From Neoechinorhynchus agilis (taxonomy: Eukaryota > Animalia > Acanthocephala): a stretch of 64,000 nucleotides of DNA. The translations under genes and the position numbers were made by a program. Below are positions 1 through 13,021 of the stretch, piece by piece. Each line of letters opens with the position of its first letter. The first letter of the stretch is position 1. The stretch covers positions 5,116,389 to 5,180,388 of the forward strand of contig CM121343.1 in NCBI GenBank assembly GCA_051530055.1, given 5' to 3'. The notes under the pieces were generated by a model that was given only the letters and a program-made list of their open reading frames with translations, made no database searches and was not told where the DNA came from.

Positions 1-1619
1 CTATAAATAAGAAAGGTAAAAACGTTTTCACGAATCTAGAGACTGACCGTGATTGTATATAGATGTTAACTAAAATGACGGGTGGATGAATCTCGGTAGA
101 AATTTTATAAAAAGCGTTAGCGATGATAACAATTTAAAATATGTCATTCTTGGTGGAGAAACTGGTGTTTTGGATAAAGTATTTTCTTTACAAAAATTTG
201 TAACCCACCTAAAAAACAAATTTATGAATTTGTTCTGGGCGAGTTACTTAATAGAGGTAAAGGATCAATCTTTTGAAAATATAATAAGTCCAAGATCCGT
301 AGCATAAGATATGAATCCGAACATTTTACGTTGAGAAGCCGATATTGGAAATTTCGATTTTTTATTCGATGAAAATTCATGAGGCGGGGCTCTGGTCAAT
401 GGTCTTTAGCCTCTGTTTCAAGGGAATAACTTTTGCTTCTGTCAAAGCAAGGGCAAAAATGTTTTGAAGAAAGGGAACGTCCTGCTTGACAGTTTATGGT
501 CACTAGACTGCTTAATTGTTCACGACTCCAACTGAGGATGCTTTAAGCAAATAAGCCTCCTTAATCATTGCATCATTTGCTTCGAGTGTTGGTGAATTTT
601 TAGCGGGGAAAATAATCCAAAGAGATTCTTGGAGCAGGAACGTTTGCCAATATATAAGGCAAGATGCGGGTAACATTAGAGCCATTGCTTTTAGGCTTTC
701 ATCAAAATAGTTTTTCATATGATTCACACATTTAATGGTTTTGTAGTGTTGGGGGAGCACCTTGGTTTAATGTGAGTTCGGCGCAAAATAGACACCTATA
801 CTCATATTCGCATGATTGAGCATAATGACCCTTGCGGCTATATCTCTAAGAAAATAGTCATGTTGTGATCGAAGATGGTTTCCCGGAGTATCGAAAAGGA
901 GCCACATATGGATTCCCGTATGCCAAAAGACCCAGAGCGCAAAAATCAACCTCTTTAAGTTACAGTGGAGCATTGAACATTACTAACGTCACTCTTCGTG
1001 ATAAATCAGTAAATGTTATTTTAATATAATGAAGCATTTTATTTAGTCCTATCACCAAAAACCCAATATAATTGCCAGTTTGGTTGAAAAGAACTATTTT
1101 ATGCTCTAATAACGAATTAAATATTTAGAGAAAACATCTTTGTTAAGAAGGTAATCTTCTTTCCTTTTTGTTCGAGCAACTGAAGCATTAAAACTTCCAC
1201 TATCATACGAGGGAAAGAGATTCTCACTTACCTGAAGACCTCCAAGGGTGATTTAAGAATCCTGAATGGTAAGACAACGTTTTCAATTCGAGGCTCACGT
1301 GGTATGGACAATTGTTCCGTCCGAGTTCAAACAATTGCATTCGTTGTATCAATCACGTCCCAGCTCGTCGCCAATCGAGGTCTCCACGGAATAAAACCGG
1401 TAACGAACCCCTCAATTTTTTTGTTAGTTTGTGATTAATTTCATGACTTTGGTTGATAAATTCTTTGTAAATCCACGAGACTTGCGAATTCAACTTACCG
1501 TTTTATGGAATTTCACAACCTTAACTTCGCATGAGTTTTTTTAAATTAAAGAACTCAATGTTCAGGCTCAAACGTGTTCCTGAGCTACTATGTTGTTTTA
1601 GCAATCTTAAAATGAAAAC

Positions 1620-2150
1620 TTTTTTTTAATAAATTTTTTATTGAATAACTTTTATTATTCTCAATCGTACTTCACCGTCCCCAAGACGCTCGCTGCGTTT
1701 CCTCGCTGGATAGCCAAGGATATGTTCTGCACTAGGAACGAACGAGCCCTCCTGTCATTGGTCGAGTTGATCAGTCGATGCCCCAGTTCGAAAACAAAAC
1801 TCCTCGCCGCACGTCCGAAAGCTCCTAAGGTTTCCACTGCGAAGGGGACAAAATGATGAGAATTTGTAAAATCGGCGTATTTTGCAACCTTACGGAGCTC
1901 AGCTGCTGATGCGGCTCTCCCAGCCCCGGAGGATGCATCTCGCAGATTGTTGGCTGCAAGGGAGTCGACGCATGTTGCGTCCCATAGGAGAAATCTCCCC
2001 CTGCTCCAAGGAAAAACTGTAACTCCATCCGGCCTACGCCCATCAATCCTGCAGTGCTAGGCTCGAGGATATTCGGAGAGTTAGCCGTTTTCAAAGCGCG
2101 GCTCAGCAATGCGTTTATTTCGGCGTGTCTAGCAAAACGGCCACTTGAGC
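1620..2150 (-). mobile_element. 5'-truncated CRE-type non-LTR retrotransposon 3' end (restriction-like endonuclease domain), frameshifted
   Basis: Manual translation: RHAEINALLSRALKTANSPNILEP, frameshift, then DGRRPDGVTVFPWSRGRFLLWDATCVDSLA...HFVPFAVETLGAFG...FLVQNISLAIQRGNAASVLGT, stop at 1661-1663, followed by an A-rich tail. This matches the RH...RPDG...WD...QRGNA RLE signature. Confidence 0.85.
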
Positions 2151-2384
2151 GTTTACAGGCTAATCCGTGCCCTTGGCTAAGCTGCGTTATAGTGGCACCG
2201 CTAAATTAACTAGATTGAAAATATAAGAATCTCTGAGTCAATATACCAGAAAGAAATAGTGGAAATGGGGTTTTTGTGCATCAACGAACGATTTTTGCTC
2301 ACTGGTCTTAAAGTGAATTAAAAATTATAATTATTGTCGTTTTCAAATGCAACCGTTTTTTGAACTACTAAGATAAAATCCATG

Positions 2385-2557
2385 AGTATGTGGCGATGGG
2401 GAAAAATTATATATCAAAGACTGACTTTAATTGAAATATTTCGTCCAATCACACTGGACTTCTTCACTGTGAATTATTGCTTGTCAGCGTTATTGGACGA
2501 AATATTTCAATTAAGGTCAGTCTTTGATATATAATTTTTCCCCAATCGCGACATACT
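2385..2557. repeat. Fold-back repeat (about 65-bp arms) containing a hammerhead-like core
   Basis: Arms 2385-2449 and 2492-2557 are near-perfect reverse complements. Minus strand 2467-2435 reads GTGAAGA A GTCCA gtgtgat TGGAC GAAA TATT. Confidence 0.75.
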
Positions 2558-3006
2558 TCTTAGGTTTGAAGTCGACTGTGGACGAAAAGTCAAGTGGATG
2601 TCCATTTTGTGATTAAATGTTTGAAAAAGGCATGGTTTCGCATTTCTCACGGCGTCCAACATAATTCAAAAGACGGATTTTGCATGCCTAAAGCTCGTAT
2701 TTTTGCAAAATAAACAAGAATATTCCGTTTAAATAATTCTTTAGGTTTCTTCAATCCTATTACACTTTGCGTACGATAAATATAGAAATTTTGAAACGAA
2801 TAAGATACAAAGACCCATGGAGCTTCACTGAAATCAATTGTTGGTTTTTTTTTCTGACGGAAAAATTTATTCAATTCGATATTTGAGCCCATTTAGTTCG
2901 TTGCGGGACAACATTGATAAACACACACACACATCCGAAATATCGAATTCAAAAGATTACTTAAAAAATTGGGTTCTTGAAAATAGCCGTTATCTTTTTA
3001 GAAAAC

Positions 3007-3519
3007 ATGGCACCGTTTCCTCTTATAAAACTAGGAGCAATATTCGCAAAACAAATCAGCAAGCCAATCGCGAATATGGTAAAAGACAAAGCAACACGGT
3101 CACCGCAATTCAGGAAATATGCGTGTATTGGTCCTGCCCAATGTACGTTAGTGAAGCTTTGCCTCATCTAATTTTGATGGCAACCACTGCTACTTTTATT
3201 AGTTTATCACTGGATTGACGTTAAAGTACGCATGAGAGCGCTGGGTCTCCACAAAGGATTTGAACGAGATGGAAAAGTGAAACCTTTGAGCGAGGAAGCA
3301 GCAGTACAACTCTCTGCTGATTTGTTGGGAGAATCGGTCGTTCTTCTCATTGCTGTCCTTACTCTATATTTGGAATATTCAAGGAGGTCCAGAAACGAAG
3401 CAGAGAAAGTGGACGAAACTGACAAAATATTCAGGCGTTTAGAATCTCACATGGTTAGACTACTTAGTGACGTAAATCAGATTGACAAACGGCTATGCGA
3501 TCTGGAATCTAGATCATAA
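3007..3519 (+). CDS. OPA3: OPA3-like mitochondrial protein, 2 exons (3007-3142, 3203-3519)
   Basis: MAPFPLIKLGAIFAKQISKPIAN...IGPAQ|FYHWIDVKVRMRALG...KVKPLSEEAAVQLSADLLGE follows the OPA3 pattern; a 60-bp GT-AG intron restores the frame. Confidence 0.9.
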
Positions 3520-4128
3520 TAATTTGATTGTTTACAGTGGCCTTGGTCTTTTGAAATTAACGTGATTTCCGAACCGTTGCTACAAAAGAGTATCTATCCT
3601 TTGCAGGATTGATTAAGAGCCATGAAAGTCTTATAACAAAGAGAACTTTGAATTTGATCCTTAATTCTCGAAATTACGGGCATCAGGGGTTGCTCATCCG
3701 CGTGAAGAGATGCCAGCGCTTAAATCACTAAAAATTGGAGGGAAAATTTGAATTTAACTTCGTTCTATGATTATTAGACAGGCCTTACATAAGTACTCAT
3801 TGAAGCATTAGTGAAGCTAAGAAACGAATTCACAAATATTGACCACTGGACATTAGAGAGAAACCTTCTCATTTTGTCATCAGTTCAAAAACACTCAAAT
3901 TCCGAGCTTTACAAATATAGAGATTTAATTGTTCATTTTTTATAACTTTGAAAATTACGAATATTTCAAAACTCTGGGTCGATCCATTTAAACCTAATTT
4001 CTGTGCTAAAATCCATTTTGTTGAAGGCAACGGGTCATTTGCGTTTTAAGTAGAAATTAAAACTGATGGCTCGATCGCGGCTTCTTCTTCTGACATATTC
4101 ACCATTTTAAACTTACTAAAATGAACTG

Positions 4129-4220
4129 GAATTATTGTTTAGAACTCTAAAACGCGCGGTAAATGATTATTTCGATTAAAAGACGTTCTGCGAACCTCAC
4201 CGTGAGTTCACCATCAGTTA
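4129..4220. mobile_element. Family A repeat, single arm (hammerhead-like, pLTR-like)
   Basis: gaattattgtttagaa...gacgttctgcgaacctcaccgtgagttcaccatcagtt closely matches the arms at 13884 and 59245. Confidence 0.7.
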
Positions 4221-4329
4221 GTAATAGATGCTTTCGTTATTTATTATCAAGGCCTCATACACTTGTTGGTCTGTGACATCTTCTTTTGAGAGTTTCGGCT
4301 ATATTCCTTTGGAGTCTTTTCGACTAACT

Positions 4330-4524
4330 TGCACACAACGGAGGCACTCAGCCGCACTCGAAGGAACAGGGCCAACCCCCTTTGGGGCCGATGGGTAATC
4401 TCAAAACCTGACCCCACCCCTTCCAGCAGCCTCGCACAACCGTGGAACCCAGCGACCGGTGGTGTTGAACCATCGACATATCGAGCGCATTATGAACGCG
4501 CACACCACACGGCCACTGGGCCCC
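4330..4524 (-). mobile_element. tRNA-derived SINE-like element (CAT anticodon loop)
   Basis: The minus strand starts GGGGCCCAGTGGCCGTGTGG (A-box-like), then GCGCG-TTCATAA-TGCGC (anticodon arm), then GTCGATGGTTCAACACC (B-box-like) and a GC-rich body. The 5' 45 nt recur at 47897-47945. Confidence 0.5.
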
Positions 4525-5459
4525 ACTTTCGTTAGACATCTTCAAAACTCGCAAATTAAGTGTTTTGATGTAGAATAGCAGCGACCTTTCAACGTACAAA
4601 CACTTTTTAGAACGTGTTAATGTTTTAACTATTGTAGAACAAGCGATATGAAAACACGTTTATTTGTTACTTAACAAGAATGGGACCCATGCACCGTTGG
4701 GGTCTCCTCATAAACATTCGAGTTCAGAGTTGTTTAAAAAATGCGATTGTTGATTATTGAGTATATTACTGTTTTGGTCGAGTGGGATCCGTTCGGGCGG
4801 GGATGGGCGGTTACTATTTGTTGGAAAGTCTGTGAGGTTGGCTTTTCCTCCGGTTCATTTCAAGTTATGATATCCGAGAGAAGATTGGGTAGTATTGAAA
4901 AAGGAGCGCAGGTATAGAGAGCTCTCGAACCTTTTACATCATCGGGCTAAACATTGATTATATCAAATAAGAAATGTAAAAAGCTAATCATTTTGCCAAC
5001 ACTCAAAAAACAAAAATATGTAATCAGACCGCCATAAATCCAGTTTAAAACCTTATTAAATCGCACAATATCGAAGGGGCAAAAACGGTAGATTAAAATC
5101 CATTAAAAGTTTGGATGTAAATCGTCTTCATTAAAATAATGGCATACAATTGTCTGATAAATGCGATCGGCATGCGATGTCAATTGACGAATAAAGGTAA
5201 TTCTGCGCTCGTCTCCTATATGCAAGCGCACGAAAACAATAGTTTTCGGCAGTATTTGGAGCAGTTAACACAAAAACCAAGGTAGCATCGATCGGCCACT
5301 TCGAGGTGCACTCATCCAAGAGCGTAAATCCAGTAATTGACAGAATATCCATTTTTAGGAAACTAAAAAGATGTTCTTTATCGAGCGACGGTTTATAGAA
5401 ATCATTTAAGCCCACAATCTTCATTTCTCGACAATTAACACACTCACCACCTCCCGCCG

Positions 5460-5610
5460 AATTCCAGCTTTTGTCCTTCCTCGACCGTCGCCATCACGCT
5501 GGCAGCATTGCCTCGTTGTACTGCCAGCGAGATATTTTGTCGAAGGAATACGCCTGCTCTTGAGTCTTCGGTTGCCTCTCTCAATTTCTTCGAGAGATCC
5601 CCACAAACAC
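5460..5610 (-). mobile_element. CRE-type RLE extreme 3' fragment
   Basis: DLSKKLREATEDSRAGVFLRQNISLAVQRGNAASVMATVEEG is homologous to the end of the 1620-2150 element. Confidence 0.8.
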
Positions 5611-5669
5611 CAGGAAAATTTGATTTACCATCGAAAATATAACGGAAACGTCCGCTTGGGCTTAATTTA

Positions 5670-5773
5670 GAATTATTGTCTAGATTCTTCATTTTTATCA
5701 TTAAAAATGTTCATCATCAGTTTGTTAATTATTTGATAGACGTTCATGATCACAAACTTCTAAACAATAATTC
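5670..5773. mobile_element. Family A palindromic repeat, internally deleted
   Basis: Termini are gaattattgtctag ... ctaaacaataattc, with internal gttcatcatcagtt. Confidence 0.7.
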
Positions 5774-6428
5774 TGCAACTGATTTCCAAGTCTTTAATCT
5801 CATGATTTCGAAACAAAGCGGATTGATTATGCAAAAGCGACTGTGATATTTCAGATGCATTTCCCCGGATTCTCCCTTGCAGCCAGGGCAATTTTTGGTA
5901 TTTAAAAGAATCATCAACGAATTCTGTGTGCATTTGCGTCAAAGTGAGCCAAACCTACCGTCACTCGGTATTTCGCTGACTTGAACAAATACTAAAAATA
6001 CGTTTGGGGATGACGCCATTGTGGTGTTTAAACCATAACTCACTGAGTGAAATCGTTTAGGTTAGAGACCGATTTACGACGAGTATTTGTGAATAGTGTC
6101 CAGATTCATTGAATTTCGACACCTTTTTATTATTGGCGATTCCAGTAATGGCTTTAATTGACCTCGTAAGCGAATCCTTTGACGTATCCGACAGAATGCG
6201 AAAGAAGTAATAACTAAGCAAACGGATGACTGGTCGCGATCTTTATGAGCGTTAATTCCTTTTATTTGGGTGAGGATTACACTCGATGTTTGTTTACTTT
6301 GTTTTCCTTAAAGCCGGTTTCCTTCTTGTTTAGAGGGGAGCAAATATCGTAAAGTCCAATGTCAGAATCATTTTCCTGTGATTTGTTTGAACACGTATTT
6401 TATCTATATTCTAGAATCAGGGATAATC

Positions 6429-8475
6429 ATGAAGTTTCCAATCGATTCTCGGATGTTGACAAAGTCCGATCTTGATGACTTGTTCATCTTACACGAGAGA
6501 GTGGGTCGAGGTTCATTTGGTGAAGTGTACAAGGCACTTTCGCGTGAAACGAACGAATTGTATGCGGTGAAGATAATCGACTTGGAAGATTCTCCGGATG
6601 AAATTGAAGATATTCAGCAAGAAATACAAGTCCTGTCGCAATGTAACAGTCCTTATATAACAAAGTATTACGGTAGCTGCGTGAAGGAAACTCGCTTGTG
6701 GATAGTAATGGAATACCTGGGTGGTGGAAGTGCTTTAGATTTGATGAAACCTGGTCCAATCGCTGAGGGTTATATTGCGATAATCCTTCATGAGGTCTTG
6801 AAAGGCCTTGAATATCTACACTCAGAGAAAAAAGTTCATAGAGACGTTAAAGCGGCCAACATTTTGCTAAGTGAAACGGGAGAAGTACGATTAGCCGATT
6901 TTGGTGTTGCCAAACAACTTCGGGACTCCGTGCAACGAGGGTTTACTTTTGTTGGCACTCCATTTTGGATGGCTCCTGAAGTTATAAAGCAAGAGGGATG
7001 TGATTTTGCTGCTGATGTTTGGTCGTTAGGCATCACAGCGATTGAATTAGCAAAAGGTGAACCACCGTTCAGCAATGTACATCCAATGCGGGCTTTAATT
7101 CAAATTCCAAAAAATCCTCCCCCTCAACTGTCTGGTGCGTTCTCTAAAGCTTTTAAGGACTTTGTTGATATTTGCTTACGTAAAGATCCAGAAAAGCGGC
7201 CAACCGCGAAGGAGCTACTAAAGCACAAATTTATCAGATCCGCGAGGAAAGCATCTTACCTTATTGAACTAATTGAACGGTATAGGAATTGGCGTTTACG
7301 CAACGAAAATGACGATGATCAGTATGTTTCCGAAGGGTTCACGAATGAGGAATTCGCCACTGTAAAATCAGTTGCTTCATTACGTTGGGATTATCCTACA
7401 GTATGTAAAAGACCCAATGCGAATAGTATAACGTCGTCATCGACAGATACCGATTGCACAAATGATCCCTCGAGCCAATCAAATTCACAACCGACTCGTC
7501 CTACTAGTCTATATTCAACTGCTTTTTCTCGAATAATGGATATAAAGAACGTCTCGAATGATACGGTAGTACCAAACAGGCCTTACATATGTCTATCGTC
7601 CTTAAAGTATTCCGTTGGGCATTGCCTAAAGTATACAATTATTCCAAGTGGAGATTATTTGTCCCCCTTTACGATCGGTAATCACAAGTATCTTGATCTT
7701 TGACGTTAAGATGTACAATCAATCATTACTGTCTTTATAGCAGGCCAAAATTAACGAACAATTTTTGTTGATTTTGTAAAAATTAAAGTCATCAAGAGTT
7801 AAACATCATAGTGACCAGGATGAATTTTGTTGTGTTTGTAGATAATTTTAGACAAACAATCGTAAGCTCTGTAGTCGTTAAATTTGCAAGAGAATTTCAT
7901 CAACAAATTGAACATTTCCGTCATCTTTACGGAGAGGGAAATTGCAGCGGATCCGAATCACGTTTCTAAAACTTCTTATATTTAAAAGAAAAATGAATGC
8001 AGACAGGTTTGTACTTAACCTTTAAACCCCCAATTGATGGGCAATACCCGATGGATAAATATTTTATTAATTATCAAATTATTCTCCGTTTTCGGTTCTC
8101 TAAGGACGCGCAGTCTTAGAAAGCAGTTCTCCACAGGTGCTGCCACCTATCAGTTCATGTTTGACGCAAACAATATTGCCGATACTTAATCGATTCAAGT
8201 TTCGTTGCAGTAGTGGAAATGTGAACGACAATAATGGTGCAAATGTTGGTGACCGAAAAGATACTGAAACGACAGATAGTGCCGGAGATGGCGATGTTGA
8301 TTTTATGAGTAAAATCGAAGGAGTTAGTCGGCTTGCTAATACGTTTAACACAGTTGAGCGGAACAATCCAGGATTCTCTCACTCTTTTGTAACCAATATT
8401 CTTCGGAAATATAACATAGAATCTTTCTCGACACACTTACAGGAGTCTGATTTGCTACAAAGAAATGATCAATGA
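6429..8475 (+). CDS. GCK-III (STK24/STK25/MST4-like) Ste20 kinase; last exon 8137-8475
   Basis: Intact kinase domain ([36 protein letters not shown]). The 8137 ORF carries [10 protein letters not shown] and [20 protein letters not shown], resembling the GCK-III C-terminal PDCD10-binding region. The acceptor is tctccacag at 8136; the donor is not resolved. Confidence 0.88.
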
Positions 8476-9789
8476 ATGCGCAAGTTGTTTGAGTGTCAAC
8501 AGATTGCAGAATATAGACGAAAGTGAGAAATGTATCTGTGTTAAATTTATGCTCTCTTTATTGATAACAAATGCAATAAATTCGTGACTTTACAAAAGGA
8601 ACGCCAATTCGTTAGATAACCCCCTAAACAGATTATTCACTCTTATCAGATATTTTTGTCCGATCGATTTTGATTTATTATATACATATAAAAAACAATA
8701 ACGAAACCTATGTTTTCCAGCTGCGGACCGATTTAAGTGACTACAACAACATCAGTACTCAACTCCTCCTAAACCCCGAGATGGATCAAGGATTGCTTGG
8801 ATAATTTTGTTCACCTCGTGTGACAATGAACGTTCAACTCGACGTTTCGTTTAATTCAAAAAGACCCATTCGTAAAATCCCTAAGCTATGTGCACTTATT
8901 CACCTTCAGATCTTACTAAACTCTACTTCAAAAACTACGCTTTCTCTCAAAAAAGAAAGGAGAATGCAAAAACTACAACATCAAAAAGTATTTTCCAATT
9001 TAGTTCCACTTGATGATAGTTTTGTTGATGTTAAGCGAAAAGACTATTTTCTCAAAATGCTTCAAGATATTCTCGGACTTTATCACGAAAGGTCACATTT
9101 CGAATGGGAATGCCACCGACTTTCACTGAATCTGAATTAGGCGTTAAACCCGCCATCCCATGTTTAGCGCCCCTAAATGACGTTGATTACTTTCTTATTG
9201 GTTACATTTTTTCTAGTTCAGCGAATCCCTGTACGATTACAATCTGACATTTTGTCAAAAATGGGCTTGATGGGTACACTCTAAATTCCAATGCGTTTTC
9301 GAGCCTAGAATACCTAATGTGTACAGCGACTCACGTGCAAAATGAATGCAAATCCAAGAGAATAATCAACAATCATCCTGCTATTTCACTGGTTTGATCA
9401 TTCTCTAAGAAATATTTTAATTAGGCTCTCCATAGGAACAGGAGGGAATCCGAGAAATTAGCCATTGGCAAAATGTATGGGAGACTAATCAACTTCTCAG
9501 CGGAGGACCCTAATGAGGCGGAGCTCAAAAGAGCTCTTGCTGATGTGGATAATTAATACGATGTCGAGTCCACCCATTTCCACATTTCAGATTTGATGGA
9601 TAACTTCAATAAACAAATTGCATGCTCGAAAGATAGATGCAAAAGGAATATTTCTCCTTTCTCCAAATATATAGATCGTTTATATCTTAAACGCAGTAAA
9701 CCATGAAATCAACATAAAACGATCTCACTTGATTAAATTTTAGCTTCTCAGCATGCAATGTTGCCTTAGAATATTATAAGCCATAAGAT

Positions 9790-10440
9790 CATTCACACCA
9801 CCGCCCCTCTGGATCACTCAGCTGCCGTCCTGGTGTAACGGTCGAAAAGACGGATGCAGAGTCGCAAGTGCTGCAGAATCAGAATTATGTTTCACAGGAG
9901 GAATGCTCCTGATCTCGGATCGCCAATGATTCGTCTCAATCTCTTAGACAATTGATTTCTTAGACAATTGATTGACCACGTCCTGCGCCGCGGTACCAAA
10001 CGACCCGAGTGTCTCGACGCCAAAGGAAACGAAATAATGATTTCGACTCAGGTCCCTGTATTTTGTCATTTTGCGTTCCTCAGCGACGGTTGTTGCTCCC
10101 CCCGGTTTAATAGTAGCATGCGCCGTCCGATATCTTCCCGTCATCTCGGCTAAAACCGACCAACTCAAGGAGAGATGGAATGTCGTTATCAAAGCCTTCA
10201 CTTATTAGAGTATTCACCATGCTGTGGTGATTGTGCCGGGCCACTCTTCTAATAAACTGCTCCAAATAAACAAACTTCAATGTCCGTCCATACCATCTAC
10301 TTGCTAACTCTACCAAATTTTTGCGAGACCAATATAATTGAATGGCGGATGTTTGATTTGGACGCCCGAATAAAAAAGGGCATCTTTTAGAAAATGCCCG
10401 CGCTTGATCCAAATCTAACTGCGCAGATTCCGTTTTTAGC
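9790..10440 (-). mobile_element. Decayed CRE-type RLE fragment
   Basis: HHSMVNTLISEGF..DIPSLLELVGFSRDDGKISDG and AEERKMTKYRDLSRNHYFVSFGVETLGSFG occur in shifted frames. Confidence 0.8.
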
Positions 10441-11328
10441 ACTTATTGGCGATACGAATAGACTAAAAAATATGAGATCAATTCGACACTTAGCCTCACT
10501 CCTTCTGCCTGATCAACTTACTACAATGCCTATTAAATCTTTTGAAGAGTAACTGATGTGTGATTGTTTATTTTTTGTTCCATTGAGCCTTCCCTGATCG
10601 TCTCTAAAGCTAAGAAGTGCAAAGAGAATTTCAAGATTCTGCCTGGTTAAGGTTTTGAGGCGCAGTCTTAACATTGAGTGTTTGCAATACTTAATAACTT
10701 ACCTTAAGCTGTGAAGATCCACACTATCCGTCAACGTCACTCCAAATCCACTTTACTCCGAGAAAAAAGTTGTCGACTATATAAAAGTATATCCTCTTGT
10801 CGCGGAAGATCAAAATACAAAAATTTCCATCATGAGTACCAATTTAGAAGCTTCTGATACTCATCTCGATCATGATCAAGTGTTTGCATCTAACGCGAAT
10901 GCAATAAGGACGAAAGTCGTTCAATTTGTGAACGTTTTCATCTTTAAAACATTAGTGTGCTGAGAAGGACAATATTATTCGATATCGTTGTTCCAATAAA
11001 CTACTCAGGCGACCGAATGAGTCGATTGCGTTCATAGAGAGCAAGTCCTACAGTTGTTAAAGTTACCTAAGAATCCAGAATATCGATTTAGCAAATCATT
11101 GTCCCTATGCCGATTGTTTCATTTAATAGCGGAAATAAGATTTTTTTTGGAAACGAGTGTTGAATGACCTAACACAACGAATTTAGACAATAAAGATGAT
11201 GAATCCTTGCTCTAGATTTATCACCACGATAACGAGAGGTCTTCATTAAAAAAAAGTCAGAATATGATCGTTTAGAGGAAAAAGGTCGTTTGTCAACATA
11301 ATATTTAATATCGTTTGTACACATTCAT

Positions 11329-13021
11329 TCAATGATCGAAATCAATAAAAGCGATAGAATCATCATGAGCTCCACTGATAATGAGTTTATGATCGAATTG
11401 AACACGAAAAATTCGTCCAGCGTGAATTTGGTTGCTAATGAGGCAGCATTGCTCATCGTCGTAAGGCGTATCCGTGTTCAAAGCCTTTTCAATATCCCAC
11501 ACCTTCATGATTCCATCGTAGGCACCGGATATAATTCGACGATGATCAAATCTTATACAGCGAACTAGATCGGTATGTCCTTCGAGACTACGAAGGCAAA
11601 CCCCTGATAATACACTCCAAATCCTAATGGTATTATCAGAAGAACCACTAACGATAAGATCTCCTCTAAACTGAAAGCACGCGATTCCACGCCTATGGCC
11701 AAGTAGAGTCCGCGAACATTCAAGAGATTTGGCATCCCAGACCCGAATGGTCCTGTCACCAGAAGCACTCACAATGAATCGATCGTCGAAGTCGACAACA
11801 TTGACAGCAGCGTGATGTCCATGTAGACTATGTGTATCTTGGATGAAATCGTGTGTGTCGAAGTTCAGTTCGAATGTGGCAATTGAACGATCCTTTGATC
11901 CCGAAACTAGTCTCTTACCGTTAAATCTGACATGAAGGACGGCTTCCGAATGATGGAATATGGTTAATAGGTGACGCTGTTCTGATAGAGACCAAATTCT
12001 AACTGTGGCATCCGAGGAACCGGTCACTAAGTAATCTCCACAATATTGAAGGCACAAAACTGATCCCGTGTGTCCGGTTAACGAATAATCGTAATAGGCC
12101 GTGTTAAGACCGGTATCTTCTTCTCTTCCTCGCTTCCACACTTTCACCGTTTTATCTCTTAGTCCAGAAACAATTTTTTCGTCGTCATACTGTAGACAGT
12201 ACACTCCTTTACTTTGGTCGCTGTGACACTCAATGCGACTTAGCTTATATTTCCCAGACGCCCAGTTCTTATCAAGTCGCTCTAATCGCCTCAATGCACT
12301 TCCGTTGGACAGAGGACCATAAATATACCGACAAATGGCGACTAAGGGTAAACACATATTTTGACCATTTTAAAACCTTTCAAAATTCATAATTAAACCT
12401 AGACAGTGTTTTCTATTAGACGCGACATCAAATGCTGTAAAAATATGAATCGTTAAAAAATAAAAGCGCTTCTTTGATTCCATGGATAAAGTCGAGTTTT
12501 CTACTACAAGCTCAAAATCGGTTGATGAACTTCTACGACCCCATAATTGGGTAAGTTTTAGATTAAAATTAGGGACCTCTGTCTTAAATGAACTTATAAT
12601 CTTGGCAATTATTAAAGTCGAGATCCTGTGTAACAACACTGCAAAAGACATCATCTTCATCCATTCGTTTGACCAGAAATTCTTTCCAAAGATCATTGTA
12701 ATCAATAGCACAACGCCATGGAATACTGACCTGTTGAGCAGCGAATAGAGACTGTGGATCTAGATTAGAGAATATATCATGAACAAGATGTCCTAATCCT
12801 TTGTTTGAGAGTTCCGTAATGACATCAGTTCGAAGTTTTGGCTCCAAATAAGAGTGAATTGCGATTTCTTGTCGGTGATCAAGGCATTGGATAAGCATTT
12901 CAATAATTTCGGTCTGCTTAGAAGACGGAGTGCATTTGAAGTACGAGATGAAACTGGATATCTGTTTATCCGTTAATGACCGAAGTGATCCATCCTGGTT
13001 GTTGCAGACCAATGAGTCCAT
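11329..13021 (-). CDS. BTRC: beta-TrCP/Slimb F-box WD40 protein (FBXW1/11-like)
   Basis: D-domain/F-box (HSYLEPKLRTDVITELSNKGLGHLVHDIFSNLD) and seven WD40 repeats (SKGVYCLQYDDEKIVSGLRD, GHRRGIAC, LVRCIRFD, GAYDG, GRIFRVQFD). One or more short introns lie near 12350-12640 and are not exactly resolved; an upstream exon is possible. Confidence 0.92.

Noticed and set aside
1230-1410. TGA read-through or a non-standard genetic code
   Set aside because: TGA terminates beta-TrCP at the expected position, and the long conserved ORFs contain no in-frame TGA.
5131-5424. 97-codon ORF with APNTAENYCFRAL resembling cyclophilin PKTAENFRAL
   Set aside because: The similarity is limited to a few residues, with no other cyclophilin motif.
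12350-12640. Frame break in beta-TrCP suggesting a pseudogene
   Set aside because: Canonical GT-AG introns are available that restore the frame, and the phosphodegron-binding WD40 residues are all conserved.
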